NCBI GenBank assembly: GCA_964016885.1 | Contig: OZ024756.1 | Span: 17,484,001 to 17,548,000, forward strand | Source: Eledone cirrhosa | Lineage: Eukaryota | DNA: 64,000 nt | Reading direction: 5' to 3' | In this document: piece after piece, positions 14,640-32,479 of the stretch | Layout: the number at the start of each line of letters is the position of its first letter | Numbering within the stretch: the stretch's first letter is position 1 | Position numbers and translations under genes: made by a program | Notes under the pieces: model-generated | The model's database searches: none | Told to the model about the DNA's origin: nothing | The model's input: the letters and a program-made list of their open reading frames with translations, nothing else

Positions 14640-14664
14640 GTATATATATATATATATATATATA

Positions 14665-14741
<77 letters not shown>

Positions 14742-14773
14742 GTATATATATATATATATATGTATATCTGTAT

Positions 14774-14817
<44 letters not shown>

Positions 14818-14859
14818 TATACATAAATATATATACAGATATACATATATATATATATA

Positions 14860-14917
<58 letters not shown>

Positions 14918-14965
14918 GATATACATATATATATATATATCTGTATATATATATATAAATATATA

Positions 14966-15213
14966 TCATGGAAAATTTGAACAGGAACAAAACAGAGAGG
15001 CAGTACAACGAATGTTTATTAATTTCACGCTCTGGAGAGTGGGGTGGTGGTGGGGAACGACGTTTCGGGCATAAGCCCTTCTTCAGGTGAAAAGTGTGTG
15101 GGAAGAGAGTTCAAAGGGTGTGTAGGGGAGTGGTGGAGAGACATATAGCGAAAAGGGGGTGGGAGGAAACGGTGCGAATGAAATTAAAAATAAAAGCATG
15201 ATCAAAATAAAAT
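14966..15213 (-). mobile_element. Family D pLTR copy
   Basis: Reverse complement of 5510-5762. Confidence 0.75.
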
Positions 15214-15217
15214 ATAT

Positions 15218-15481
15218 ATTGTTATACTTTGGGAGGGTCATGTTGCCAATAAGAAACACACGCACCAGTTGCTTTCACTTCAATTTATTATAATAAATTT
15301 ATAAATTTAGGAATTTATAAATTTCCGGTTGGTTGGGTTGGTTCCACAACCAGATGGTTTGTTTATATATTGTCAAAGTTCTTTCGTCACACATTCTGTG
15401 ACCTCTTCAGTGTCTGGGGATTCTTTTCTTGTTTCTGTGCCTCTCCTTTGTTCTGTCCTACGCCATCTTGAGAAACAAGAT
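15218..15481 (-). mobile_element. Family C (Naiad-like) pLTR with HHR at about 15372-15414
   Basis: Minus strand CTGAAGA-GGTCAC...GTGAC-GAAA-GAAC-TT-TGAC. Small terminal hairpin CATCTTG-AGAAA-CAAGATG. Confidence 0.8.
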
Positions 15482-15558
15482 GTATATATATATATATATT
15501 ATATATATATATATATATAGTATATATATATACAGATATATATATATATATATACAGA

Positions 15559-15601
<43 letters not shown>

Positions 15602-15611
15602 ATATATATAC

Positions 15612-15746
<135 letters not shown>

Positions 15747-15814
15747 TATATATATATATATAATACAGATATATATATATATATATATATACAGATATAT
15801 ATATATATATATAC

Positions 15815-15873
<59 letters not shown>

Positions 15874-15902
15874 CATATATATATAAATATACATATACAT
15901 AC

Positions 15903-15935
<33 letters not shown>

Positions 15936-16178
15936 CCATATATTATATATACATATATATATATATATATACATACATATATATATATACATACATATAT
16001 ATATATATATACATACATATATAAATATATATAATACATATATATATATAATACATATATATATATATATAATACATATATATATATATATATATATAAA
16101 TACATATATATATATATAGATATATATATATAAATATAATATATAAGAACAGAAGATGGTTAAAGGAGTTCCATGTAT

Positions 16179-16243
16179 TTTATTATGCGCATTTCAAAAA
16201 CAAACATCATCATGCAATAATATTTGTGTTTTCATCAGATAAA
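16179..16243 (-). ncRNA. Type I HHR motif within a pLTR fragment (16145-16310)
   Basis: TTTAT-CTGATGA-AAACACAAATA...TGTTTGTTTTT-GAAA-TGCGCA-TA-ATAAA. Confidence 0.75.
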
Positions 16244-16542
16244 ACAGGAGGACATGATATGAAGGCTAAAAAACACTTGTGGATAGTGCAGTTTTAAATC
16301 AACATATCATATATAAATATATAAACATACATATACATAAATATACATATATATAAATATATAAATATATAAATATACATATATATAAATATATAAATAT
16401 ACATATATAAATATATAAATATACATATATATAAATACATATATATATATATATAAATACATATATATATACATATATATATATAAATATACATATATAT
16501 CTATAAATATACATATATATACATATATATACATATATATAT

Positions 16543-16613
<71 letters not shown>

Positions 16614-16680
16614 TATATATATATACACACATATATATATATGTGTGTATATATATATATATGTATATATATGTATTTAT

Positions 16681-16740
<60 letters not shown>

Positions 16741-16748
16741 GTATTTAT

Positions 16749-16829
<81 letters not shown>

Positions 16830-16896
16830 CACATATATATATATATAAACACACATATATATATATATATAAACACACATATATATATATATATAA

Positions 16897-16947
<51 letters not shown>

Positions 16948-17036
16948 CACATATATATATATAAACACACACATATATATATATATAAACACACATATAT
17001 ATATATATAAACACACATATATATATATATATATAA

Positions 17037-17122
<86 letters not shown>

Positions 17123-18394
17123 GTAGGTATGGATACTGGGATACTGTACAATACACTAATCAGGAAGGGTTGGCAAGAGAAATTCGATATATCGAACGGA
17201 AAGGAGACTCCCTCTCCACGGATTGTATTTAATGAAGTCAGACGTTTGTTACAAGGTAGGGCCGCCTGTGGTGGTGGGAGGCACACTGACCCGGGTGGTA
17301 GGGTGTAGGGAAGAGGAGATAGTACTAGGGAGGGAGGAGTGTATGAGGAGGAGGAGAAGGAGAAGTAGCATTGGAGGAGAAGAAGGAGAAGGAGGAGGAG
17401 GAGAAGGAGGAGGAAGTAGCAGTAGAGGAGGAGGAGAAGGAGGAGGAGTAGCAGTGGAGGAGGAGGAGAAGGAGGAGGAGAAGGAGGAGGAAGTAGCAGT
17501 AGAGGAGGAGGAGAAGGAGGAGAAGGAAGTAGCAGTAGAGGAGGAGGAGGAGAAGGAGGAGAAGGAAGTAGCAGTAGAGGAGGAGGTCAAGGAGGAGAAG
17601 GAAGTAGCAGTGGAGGAGGATGCCGAAGAGAAAGAGGAGGAAAGATTGAGTAAGAAGGAGGATGGAAGAGCAGGATGAGAAAAATATAGAAGAGGAGGAG
17701 GAGGAGAAAACAGAGGAAGTAAAAGTAGAACTGGAGGAGTAGGAGGAGGAGGGGAGATAGGGTAAGGAGAAAGAAGAGAAGGATGAGAAAAATATAGAAG
17801 AGGAGGAGGAGGAGAAAACAGAGGAAGTAAAAGTAGAACTGGAGGAGTAGGAGGAGGAGGGGAGATAGGGTAAGGAGAAAGAAGAGAAGGATGAGAAAAA
17901 TAAAGAGGAGGGGGAAGGGGAAAAAATGAAGAAGAAAGTTTGGTTTATTTGGGGGGGGGGGGGTAGTTTTCCTTATTCCATTTTTATTGCTGTTTAGCCC
18001 CGATTGAACACACTTATGACCAGAAGCGTACCGCTGTGATCATCCAAGGTTTTTAGGGTTGTATATAGGCCCCCATTATCCAATAGGCTACCCATAATAA
18101 TGATTTGAGTGAATTTGGCTGTTATTTCTACCAGATGAAGCGACCATATACAAGTTTACCCGCTGGCTCAGCTTTTAATTGCTTACATCATATTTCAGTT
18201 CCATATCACGAGACCATCAGGCTGCATTAGTTTTCAATTATACTGAGTCAGGATTCTGACATCGATGATTTCCGCTGCTGTCCGTGTCTTCCCGTAGCTT
18301 TCCGTTATCTAGTTTTACCAGATTCCTTGTTCTGAGCGCAGATTTAAAAATATAACTCAGTGAACAATTATTTTTATCGTTAAACCGAAACAGG

Positions 18395-18610
18395 ACGGCA
18401 GATTGGTGGAATCGTCACAGCGTCGGACAAAACGTTATGTAGCATTTAGTTACGGCCCTTTAGTTCCAAGTTCAAATCCCACCGAGGTCAACTTTGCCTT
18501 TCATTTCTTCTGGTGTCATTAAAATAAAGTACCAATCAAATCCTGGGGTTCATATAATCGACTTTCTCCTTCCGCCACATTGCAGACTTGTTGCCAATGT
18601 TAGATATACT
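18395..18610 (+). mobile_element. Older diverged Nin-like SINE
   Basis: GTTCAAATCCCACCGAGGTCAACTTTGCCTTTCAT. Confidence 0.75.
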
Positions 18611-18639
18611 GATTAACTCCAAATATTGATCGATGGTTT

Positions 18640-18955
18640 CTAACTTTTGACACTGGGACAATTTTGACATATGGTCAATTTTGAAACAACGTCAATTTTG
18701 TTATAAGGTCAATTTTGACACAATTTCAGTTTTGGCATAAGGTCAATTTTGGTACAAGGCCAATTGTAACAACGTCAATTTCGACACGATGTCAATTCTG
18801 ACACAACGTCAATTTTGATACAGGGTCAATTTTGACACGATGCCAATTTGACACACCGTCACTTTCGACACAAGGTCAATTTTGACACAAGGACAATTTT
18901 GAGACAAGGTCAATTTTGACATAAGGTTAGTTTTGACACAATGTCAATTTTGAAA
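18640..18955. repeat. Degenerate tandem repeat of about 19 bp (CAAGGTCAATTTTGACA)
   Basis: About 16 imperfect units. Confidence 0.8.
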
Positions 18956-19875
18956 GAGCAAAAAGTGGTGGCGTTTTCTCCGTCGGTTATCGACGATGAG
19001 CATTCAGATGTTGAACCAACTGATGTCCTCTTGAACTCATGTACTTTTATTTGTTCAAGAGATACTTTTATGGGGGACGCACATTAAGAGGGAGTCAGTG
19101 TACAATATGTGGTGTATTTTGTTGTGGTGGCAGAGAGGGAGAGCGGGAAACCCAAGAGCTGTCCCTGGCTGTACACACTCTCTAGCTAAGCTACTGGTGT
19201 TATCGGCTGCTCACAAGTGTAGACGGTTCTTTTTAAAGCAAACCGATCAAAACCTGGCGAAGGAAAGACAGGCATTGTTCGACAGGTGTCGTTACTAAAT
19301 CATTTCGTTCTGTTACAGAACAAACACAGGTTTCTAAAGAAATTTGATTTATCGAATCGATACATCGATAGTTGAATATTTGTTGAGATATTTTGTTGTT
19401 ATATTTAAAAAGCAAAACAGAAATAATGGAAATATATTTCGACATAATGCTAGTATATATAATGTAAGACAATGGTTTATGTTTATATATTTTGTGTACT
19501 ATACTGCAAACGCCCGCGCATGGCTGAACGGATTGAAGATAAATATTTGTAGAAAACATTATTCAAAGGACATTTAAAACTACATTTTATACAGCTTAAA
19601 ATAGTTGTTTGTTATACTATAGAAAAGGAGGAAAGAAAATAAACAATAACCGTTTTATTATTATTGTTATTATTATGTAAACCCTTGTGGTTAATAAAGA
19701 AAATATTATTATTGTTATTATTATTATTATTATTACTATTATTATCATCATCATCACCATATTCTAGACTGCTTGTAGTCACGCGTCCGTTCACATCTTT
19801 ATACACCTCACTTCACATGCTGCCTGTCTCATGTCAGGTCTTACATTTTGTCATCCATATTATGTGTGTGTGTGT

Positions 19876-19955
<80 letters not shown>

Positions 19956-20086
19956 GATCTGTTTACTTTTGTTTATCCTTTACTCAATGTGGTTACTGGG
20001 ACGGGGGGGGTGATCGGTGTACTCTCCTTCTCTCTTCACGTTACATTCTGTCGGAGATGATACAAGGATACGAAACTGTTGTCTTC

Positions 20087-20099
<13 letters not shown>

Positions 20100-20135
<36 letters not shown>

Positions 20136-20148
20136 TATATACATATAC

Positions 20149-20195
<47 letters not shown>

Positions 20196-20196
20196 C

Positions 20197-20243
<47 letters not shown>

Positions 20244-21544
20244 CATATATATATACATATATATATTCATACATATATATATACATATATATATTCATAT
20301 ATATATGTATACATATATATATTCATATATATATACATACATATATATATTCATATATATATACATACATACATATATATATTCATATATATATACATAC
20401 ATATATATATTCATATATATATACATACATATATATATTCATATATATATACATACATATATATATTCATATATATATACATACATATATATATTCATAT
20501 ATATATACATACATATATACATACATATATATATTCATATATATATACATACATATATATATTCATATATATATACATATATACATACATATATATATTC
20601 ATATATATATACATATATACATACATATATATATTCATATATATATATACATATATACATACATATATATATTCATATATATATACATATATACATACAT
20701 ATATATATTCATATATATATACATAGTATACATACATATATATATTCATATATCTATACATATATACATACATATACATATATACATACATATACATATA
20801 TACATATATATATACATATACACATATATATATATACATATACACATATATATATACATATACACATATATATATACATATACACATATATATATACATA
20901 TACACATATATATACATATACACATATATATATACATATACACATATATATATACATATACACATATATATACATATATATATATACATACATATATATA
21001 TATACATATATATATACATATATATATACATATATATATACATATATATATATATACATATATATATACATATATATATACATATATATATACATACATA
21101 TATATATACATATATACATACATATATACATACATATATACATACATATATATATACATATATATATACATATATACATACATATATATATACATATATA
21201 CATACATATATATATACATATATACATACATACATATATATATACATATATACATACATATATATATATATACATATATACATATATATATACATATATA
21301 CATATATACATACATATATACATACATATATATATACATATATACATATATACATATATACATACATATATACATACATATATATATACATATATACATA
21401 CATATATATATACATATATACATACATATATACATACATATATATATACATATATACATACATATATATATACATATATACATACATATATATATATACA
21501 TATATATATACATATATACATACATATATATATACATATATACA

Positions 21545-21575
<31 letters not shown>

Positions 21576-21976
21576 ATACATATATATATACATACATACA
21601 TATATACATACATATATATATACATACATACATATATATACATACATATACATATATATATATACATATATATATATACATATATATATATACATATATA
21701 TATATACATATATATATATACATATATATATATACATATATATATATACATTTATATATATACATATATATATATACATATATATATATACATATATACA
21801 TATATATATATACATATATATATATACATATACATATATATATATACATATATACATATACATATATATATATACATATATATATATACATATATATATA
21901 TACATATATATATATACATATATATATATACATATATATATATACATATATATATATACATATATATATATACATA

Positions 21977-22014
<38 letters not shown>

Positions 22015-22260
22015 CATATATATACATATATATATATACATATATATATATATACATATATATATATACATACATATATATATACATATATATATATACA
22101 TATATATATATACATATATATATATACATATATATATATACATATATATATACATATATATACATTATATATATACATATATATATACATATATATACAT
22201 ATATATATATACATATATATACATATATATATATACATATACATATATATATATACATAC

Positions 22261-22291
<31 letters not shown>

Positions 22292-22560
22292 CATATACAT
22301 ATATATACATATATATATATACATATATATATATACATATATATATATACATATACATATATATATATACATATATATATATACATATATATATACATAT
22401 ATATATATACACATATATATATATACATATATATATACATATATATATACATATATATATATACATATATATATACATATATATATATACATATATATAT
22501 ATACATATATATATACATATATATATATACATATATATATATATACATATATATATATAC

Positions 22561-22645
<85 letters not shown>

Positions 22646-22668
22646 CATACATATATATATATACATAC

Positions 22669-22715
<47 letters not shown>

Positions 22716-22762
22716 CATATATATATATACATATATATATATACATATATATATATACATAC

Positions 22763-22793
<31 letters not shown>

Positions 22794-22876
22794 CATACAT
22801 ATATATATATACATATATATATATACATACATATATATATATACATATATATATATACATATATATATATACATAC

Positions 22877-22907
<31 letters not shown>

Positions 22908-22927
22908 CATACATATATATATATACG

Positions 22928-22973
<46 letters not shown>

Positions 22974-23007
22974 CATATACATATATATACATATATATAT
23001 ATACGTA

Positions 23008-23039
<32 letters not shown>

Positions 23040-23058
23040 CGTATATATATATATATAC

Positions 23059-23099
<41 letters not shown>

Positions 23100-23100
23100 C

Positions 23101-23133
<33 letters not shown>

Positions 23134-23464
23134 CATATACAATATATATACATATATATATATACGTATATATATATATACATATCATATATATATATAC
23201 ATATATATATATACATATACATATATATATACATATACATATATACATATATATATATACATATATACATATATATATATACATATATATATACATATAT
23301 ACATATACATATATATATATACATATATATATATACATATATACATATATATATATACATATATATATACATATATATATATACATATATATATACATAT
23401 ATATATATACATACATACATATATATATATACATATATATATATACATATATATATATACATAT

Positions 23465-23509
<45 letters not shown>

Positions 23510-23567
23510 CATACATATATATATATATACATATATATATATACATACATATATATACATATACATA

Positions 23568-23605
<38 letters not shown>

Positions 23606-23658
23606 CATATACATATATATATATACATACATATATATACATATATATATATACATAC

Positions 23659-23694
<36 letters not shown>

Positions 23695-23791
23695 ATACAT
23701 ATATATATATATATATACATACATATATATATATATACATACATATATATATATATATACATACATATATATATATATATATACATACATA

Positions 23792-23883
<92 letters not shown>

Positions 23884-23902
23884 CATATATATATAATACA
23901 TA

Positions 23903-23940
<38 letters not shown>

Positions 23941-23950
23941 ATATATATAC

Positions 23951-23997
<47 letters not shown>

Positions 23998-24179
23998 CAT
24001 ATATATATATACATATATATATATATACATATATATACATATAATATATATACATATATATATATATACATATATATATATACATATATATATATATACA
24101 TATATATACATATATATATATAGTATATATATATACATATATATATATACATATATATATATACATATATATATATACG

Positions 24180-24211
<32 letters not shown>

Positions 24212-24326
24212 CATATATATATATACGTATATATATATATACATATATATATATACATATACATATATATATACATATATATATACATATATATATACAT
24301 ATATATATACATATATACATATATAC

Positions 24327-24359
<33 letters not shown>

Positions 24360-24368
24360 CATATATAC

Positions 24369-24399
<31 letters not shown>

Positions 24400-24422
24400 C
24401 ATATATATACATATATATATAC

Positions 24423-24476
<54 letters not shown>

Positions 24477-24545
24477 TATATACATATATATATATACATA
24501 TATATATATACATATATATATATACATATACATATATATATATAC

Positions 24546-24604
<59 letters not shown>

Positions 24605-24619
24605 CATATACAGACATAC

Positions 24620-24656
<37 letters not shown>

Positions 24657-24657
24657 C

Positions 24658-24692
<35 letters not shown>

Positions 24693-24740
24693 CATACATA
24701 TATATACATATATATATATACATACATATATATATACATA

Positions 24741-24776
<36 letters not shown>
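20100..24776. repeat. 4.7-kb (TA)n/(TACA)n microsatellite
   Basis: Direct inspection. Confidence 0.98.
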
Positions 24777-24951
24777 CGTCGACCGACAGTGAAGTGAAGT
24801 TAAATCCTTTTTCTGCCAACTCTGATGGTTTAGAAAGCTGGAGCTTAACTCCAGTTTTTCTATTGCTAAGTAGCTACGACATATTGAAATCATTCATTTC
24901 AGAATTGTACCTGTATGTTTAGCATTCCTGGCTCACTGGAACATATTTGCT

Positions 24952-25013
<62 letters not shown>

Positions 25014-25015
25014 GA

Positions 25016-25533
25016 GGCAAACTAGCTTACAGGCATAGAAGGGTTCTAGACAAACAAAAATTAAATATTAATATAGTTGAATGACCAGGTATTCCCATAA
25101 AAGCTCTAATTACTAAAGCATATCCCTTTAAAAAAAACCCTGCACTGTTAGGAAATAGATAGTCCGTAAATTCAGCTCACTAACTACCTGAAAAATTAGG
25201 AACGTAGTCGTAGTATATAGCATAAGATGTACTGCGGGGCAGTGTAGGAATAAGAACATAACATACATAGGGGAGACAGTCTGTAGCATATGAGAAAGAA
25301 TAAATGAACACTGGCGAGAACTCCAGGATGGGGAAAACTCATCAGTACTCCATCAACATGCCAAAATGGAACATGGGGGCACATTAGAGAACATAGAGAT
25401 ACAAATTATATCCACACACAGAAAAGCCGCAATGCTCAGATAAATCACAGAGGCAACAAATATAAACGAACTCCAACCAAAATCAAACAGAAAACATGAG
25501 TGGTATAGCAACAACATCACAACTAGTAATTAA
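25016..25533 (+). pseudogene. PLE GIY-YIG endonuclease C-terminus (Naiad-like), with stops and a frameshift
   Basis: Manual translation: GKLAYRHRRVLDKQKLNINIVE*PGIPIKALITKAYPF, then from 25141 CTVRK*IVRKFSSLTT*KIRNVVVVYSIRCTAGQCRNKNITYIGETVCSI*ERINEH...SVLHQHAKMEHGG...MLR*ITEATNINELQPKSNRKHEW. Not in the ORF track. Confidence 0.85.
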
Positions 25534-25699
25534 GGACAAAATGAAGACATACAGACACACACGAAAACCAAACTAATAAAACAAACCAGACACACAGATA
25601 GAACAAATAACCAACTAGTGACAAGCTAATAAACACATAGATAAATAAACACACACACACATTCGGATGTAACGCATGCGCAAACCAAACACAGCATAC

Positions 25700-25925
25700 A
25701 ACATACATAAACAAGATGGTGTAGGACAGAACAAAGGAAAGGCACAAAATAAGAAATCAGTCACTGAGGAGGTCACAGAATGTGTGACGAAAGAGCTTTG
25801 ACAATATATAAATAACCACCCGGTTATTGAACCAACCACCCGGAAATTTATAATAAATTGAAGTGAAAACCAACAGGTGCGGGTATTTTTATTGGCAGCA
25901 TGACCCTCCCAAAATATAACAATAT
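25700..25925 (+). mobile_element. Family C pLTR attached to the GIY-YIG fragment, with HHR at 25760-25802
   Basis: GTCA-CTGAGGA-GGTCAC-AGAATGT-GTGAC-GAAA-GAGC-TT-TGAC. Ends CATGACCCTCCCAAAATATAACAA then (TA)n. Confidence 0.85.
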
Positions 25926-25931
25926 ATATAT

Positions 25932-25983
<52 letters not shown>

Positions 25984-26062
25984 AACAGAAATAACAACAC
26001 AATCGGTACTGTATATGGAAGGAACATATTAGGTTAACGCTTACACACGTATATATACATAC

Positions 26063-26121
<59 letters not shown>

Positions 26122-26389
26122 CACGCAGTGGGATTGAACCGAGAATAGTGGAATAACTAAAGGATTAACGAGTATTTCATTAGGATCCTCAGCTGGGTAT
26201 AGCTGGAAGAAAAGTGTCTTGCCTGGTTTATTTGTCCTTGTTAATACATTCTAATGGATTATCAGACTTGGTTACACAGCAACTATCTTACAGATAGGCA
26301 AAGACATAGACAGATAGACAGATAGACAGATAGACAGACAGAGAGACAGATAGACAGATAGCTAGATATGTAGGTAGATAGATATATAG

Positions 26390-27535
26390 ATTTCTTTATT
26401 AGCCACAAGGGCGCACAAGAAAAGGGGACAATACAAAGACATGCCGGGGATTTTACATACAGTCGTGTAAAAAATATAAAAACAAACAATTACAACAATC
26501 GAAATCCACAATAGGGGGGAGGCGTCACAAATGGGTTGTTTAATACCCCGTCAATAGAACAACCTTCAACTTCAGGAGCGTGTTGTGCAAGTGCTCCTTT
26601 CTTCCTTTTTCTCTCTTCTTCACCCTACAAGCTTATATACAGAGAAGGCCCAATCACTCGGGCCATTTTCGCTTCATTCACCCACCTTTCAGTAAATTTA
26701 CTGGGGTGCAGTGCCTCTCTCTCCAGCCTGATTCTCCTTCTAAAGTGATACTTACTGGGGTGCAGTGCCTCTCTCTCCACCCTGATTCTCCTTCTAAAGT
26801 GATACTTACTGGGGTGCAGTGCCTCTCTCTCCAGCCTGATTCTCCTTCTAAAGTGATACTTACTGGGGTGCAGTGCCTCTCTCTCCACCCTGATTCTCCT
26901 TCTAAAGTGATACTTACTGGGGTGCAGTGCCTCTCTCTCCACCCTGATTCTCCTTCTAAAGTGATACTTACTGGGGTGCAGTGCCTCTCTCTCCAGCCTG
27001 ATTCTCCTTCTAAAGTGATACTTACTGGGGTGCAGTGCCTCTCTCTCCACCCTGATTCTCCTTCTAAAGTGATACTTAAAGAAGGGAATCAATTGTTGTC
27101 CGGAGAGAAAGGCATCTGTCCTCAGTCCTCTCAACCTCGTCCACCATATAACTAGATAGGTCAATATATATATAGATATATTTATTTATTTGCCACAAGG
27201 GCGCACAAGAAAAGGGGGACAATACAAGGACACATGCCGGGGATTTTACATACAATCGTGTAAAAAACATTTTCAACAAACAAATTCAACAATCGAAATC
27301 CCCAATAGGGAGGAGGCGTTACAAATGGGTTGTTTTATACCCCGTAGATAGAACAACCCTCAACTTCAGGAGCGTGTTGTGCAAGTACTCCTTTCTTCCT
27401 TTTGCTCTCTTCTTCACCCTACAGGTTTATATACAGAGAAGGCCCAATCACTCGGGCCATTTTTGCTACATTCACCCACCTTTCAGTAAATTTACTGGGG
27501 CGCAGTGCCACTCTGAGTCTCCTTCTAAAGTGGTA
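26390..27535 (-). mobile_element. Two 3' fragments of an L1/Tx1-like non-LTR retrotransposon in (GATA)n; the first has an internal 54-bp x7 tandem expansion (26700-27078)
   Basis: Minus ORF end VIWWTR...FFKYHFRRRIRVERE...FTERWVNEAKMARV, 3'UTR with AATAAA, (TCTA)n flanks. Confidence 0.6.
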
Positions 27536-27864
27536 GGTAGATAGTTAGATAGAAAAATAGAACGATAGATAGGTCAATAGATAGATAGAGAAATAGATAG
27601 ATAGATAGATTTCGTTACATAGATGTTTTATTTTCAAATTCAACTGCGTTGTTTCTTACCAATATGATTGGAAAGCTGACAATTTCGTGTGAGTTGATAT
27701 CGATTTAACATGATAAACCTGACCAATCTCTATAAATAACGTTTACTTTACAAATATATTCTTCTTACACAGACATTTCACCGAACAGGTGTCGACATTG
27801 TGGAAACAAACTATCGTCTGCATTTGATCATTTGGTGAGATGTAGTAAACTGTTGCATATTTGT

Positions 27865-27913
27865 GTGTGTGTGTGTATGTATATATATATATATATATAT
27901 ACATATACATATG

Positions 27914-27957
<44 letters not shown>

Positions 27958-27971
27958 CATATGTATGTATA

Positions 27972-28003
<32 letters not shown>

Positions 28004-28393
28004 CATATACATATGTATGTATATATATATATATACATATATATATATACATATACATATGTATGTATATATATATATACATATATATATATATACATAT
28101 ACATATGTATATATATATATACATATATATATATACATATACATATGTATGTATATATATATATACATATACATATGTATGTATATATATATATATATAC
28201 ATATACATATGTATGTATATATATATATATACATATATATACATATACATATGTATGTATATATATATATACATATACATATGTATATATATATATATAT
28301 ACATATACATATGTATGTATATACATACATATTTATGTGTATATATATATATATATATATACATATACATATGTATGTATATATATACATATT

Positions 28394-28429
<36 letters not shown>

Positions 28430-28445
28430 CATACATATACATATG

Positions 28446-28483
<38 letters not shown>

Positions 28484-28489
28484 CATATG

Positions 28490-28527
<38 letters not shown>

Positions 28528-28579
28528 CATATGTATGTATATATATATATATATATATACATATACATATGTATGTATA

Positions 28580-28611
<32 letters not shown>

Positions 28612-28671
28612 CATATACATATGTATGTATATATATATATATACATATATATATATACATATTCATATGTA

Positions 28672-28703
<32 letters not shown>

Positions 28704-28717
28704 CATATACATATGTA

Positions 28718-28749
<32 letters not shown>

Positions 28750-28811
28750 CATATACATATGTATGTATATATATATACATATATATATATATACATATAC
28801 ATATGTATGTA

Positions 28812-28843
<32 letters not shown>

Positions 28844-29317
28844 CATATATATACATATATATATATACATATACATATGTATGTATATATATATATACAT
28901 ATACATATGTATGTATATATATATATATATACATATACATATGTATGTATATATATATATATACATATATATACATATACATATGTATGTATATATATAT
29001 ATACATATACATATGTATATATATATATATATATACATATATATACATATACATATGTATGTATATATATATATACATATACATATGTATATATATATAT
29101 ATATACATATACATATGTATGTATATATATACATATTTATGTATATATATATATACATATTTATGTATCTATATATATATATATATACATATACATATGT
29201 ATGTATATATATATACACATATGTATGTATATATATATATACATATGTATGTATATATATATATATATACACATATGTATGTATATATACATATGTATGT
29301 ATATATATATACATATG

Positions 29318-29355
<38 letters not shown>

Positions 29356-29361
29356 CATATG

Positions 29362-29399
<38 letters not shown>

Positions 29400-30799
29400 C
29401 ATATGTATGTATATATATATACATATTTATGTATATATATATATACATATTTATGTATATATATACATATTTATGTATATATATATATACATACATATGT
29501 ATATATATATACATACATACATATGTATATATATATACATACATATGTGTATATATATATATATATACATACATATGTATATATATATATACATACATAT
29601 GTATATATATATACATACATATGTGTATATATATATATATAAACATATGTATGTATATATATATATATATATATATATACTCATATGTATGTATATATAT
29701 ATACATATGTATGTATATATATATACATATGTATGTATATATATATATATGTATGTATATATATATATACACATATGTATGTATATATATATATACATAT
29801 GTATGTATATATATATATATACATATGTATGTATATATATATACATATGTCTGTATATATATATATATATATGTATGTATATATATATATACATTTGTAT
29901 GTATATATATATATATATATATACATATGTATGTATATATATATATATATATATATACATTTGTTCTGTCCTACGCCATCTTGTTTTTGTCAAAAACAAG
30001 ATGGCGTAGGGCAGAACAAAGGAGAGGCACAAAAACAAAGAAAAGAATCCCCAGTCACTGAAGAGGTCACAGAATGTGAATGTGTGACGAAAGAACTTTG
30101 ACAATATATGAACAATCGTCTGGTTGTGGAACCAACCAACCAACCAACCGGAAATTTATAAATTTAATTTATAATAAATTGAAGTGAAAGCAACTGGTGC
30201 GTGTGTTTCTTATTGGCAACATGACCCTCCCAAAGTATAACAATATCGGTTCAACACACGTTTTCAGATAAAGAATCTTGCTAAGCAAATTCAGAAACGA
30301 TATACATATATATATATACATATGTATGTATATATATTCATATATATATATATATATATGATACATATATATATGATATATATATATATGACATATATGA
30401 TATATATATATATGACATATATGATATATATATATATGATATATATATATATGATATATATGATATATATATGATATATATGATATATATATATATGATA
30501 TATATGATATATATATATATGATATATATATATATGATATATATATATATGATATATATATATATATATATATGATATATATATTTGATATATATATATA
30601 TATGATATATATATATGATATATATATGATATATATATATATGATATATATATATATATATATGATATATGATATATATATATATATATATATATGATAT
30701 ATATATATATATGATATATATGATATATATATATATATATGATATATATATATATATATATATATATGATATATATGATATATATATATATGATATATA

Positions 30800-30840
<41 letters not shown>

Positions 30841-30914
30841 ATATATGATATATATATATATATGATATATATGATATATATATATATATATGATATATAT
30901 ATATATGATATATA

Positions 30915-30951
<37 letters not shown>

Positions 30952-31752
30952 ATATATGATATATATATATATGATATATATGATATATATATATATATAT
31001 GATATATATATATATATATGATATATATGATATATATATATATGATATATATGATATATATATATATGATATATATATATATATATATATGATATATATA
31101 TATATGATATATATGATATATATATATATGATATATATGATATATATGATATATATATATATATGATATATATGATATATATATATATATATATGATATA
31201 TATATATGATATATATATATATATATATGATATATATGATATATATATATATGATATATATGATATATATATATATATGATATATATATATATATATATG
31301 ATATATATGATATATATATATATGATATATATGATATATATATATATATGATATATATATATATATATATATGATATATATGATATATATATATATGATA
31401 TATATGATATATATATATATATGATATATATATATATGATATATATGATATATATGATATATATGATATATATATATATATGATATATATATATATGATA
31501 TATATGATATATATATATATGATATATATATGATATATATATATATATATATATGATATATATGATATATATATATATATATATGATATATATATATATA
31601 TATATATGATATATATATATATATATATGATATATATGATATATATATATATATATATGATATATATATATATATATATATATATGATATATATGATATA
31701 TATATATATATATATATATATGATATATATGATATATATATATATATATATG

Positions 31753-31783
<31 letters not shown>

Positions 31784-31872
31784 ATATATGATATATATAT
31801 ATGATATATATATATGATATATATATATATATATAATATATATGATATATATATATATGATATATATATATA

Positions 31873-31907
<35 letters not shown>

Positions 31908-31918
31908 ATATATATATA

Positions 31919-31965
<47 letters not shown>

Positions 31966-32104
31966 ATATATATGATATATAATATATATGATATATATAT
32001 ATATATATGATATATATATGATATATATATATATGATATATATATATATATGATATATATATGATATATATATATATGATATATATATATGATATATATA
32101 TATA

Positions 32105-32139
<35 letters not shown>

Positions 32140-32227
32140 ATATATATGATATATATATATATGATATATATATATATATGATATATATATATATATATGA
32201 TATATATATATAATATATATATATATA

Positions 32228-32276
<49 letters not shown>

Positions 32277-32301
32277 ATATATATATATATATATATATAT
32301 G

Positions 32302-32373
<72 letters not shown>

Positions 32374-32448
32374 ATATATATATATATATATATATGATAT
32401 ATATGATATATATATATATGATATATATATCATATATATATATATATG

Positions 32449-32479
<31 letters not shown>

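Noticed and set aside
18640-18955. Cluster of nuclear-receptor AGGTCA half-sites
   Set aside because: Better explained as a tandem repeat derived from the SINE tail.
20057-24893. ORFs over 1000 aa of Y/I/H/T
   Set aside because: (TA)n/(TACA)n lacks stop codons, so these are artefacts.
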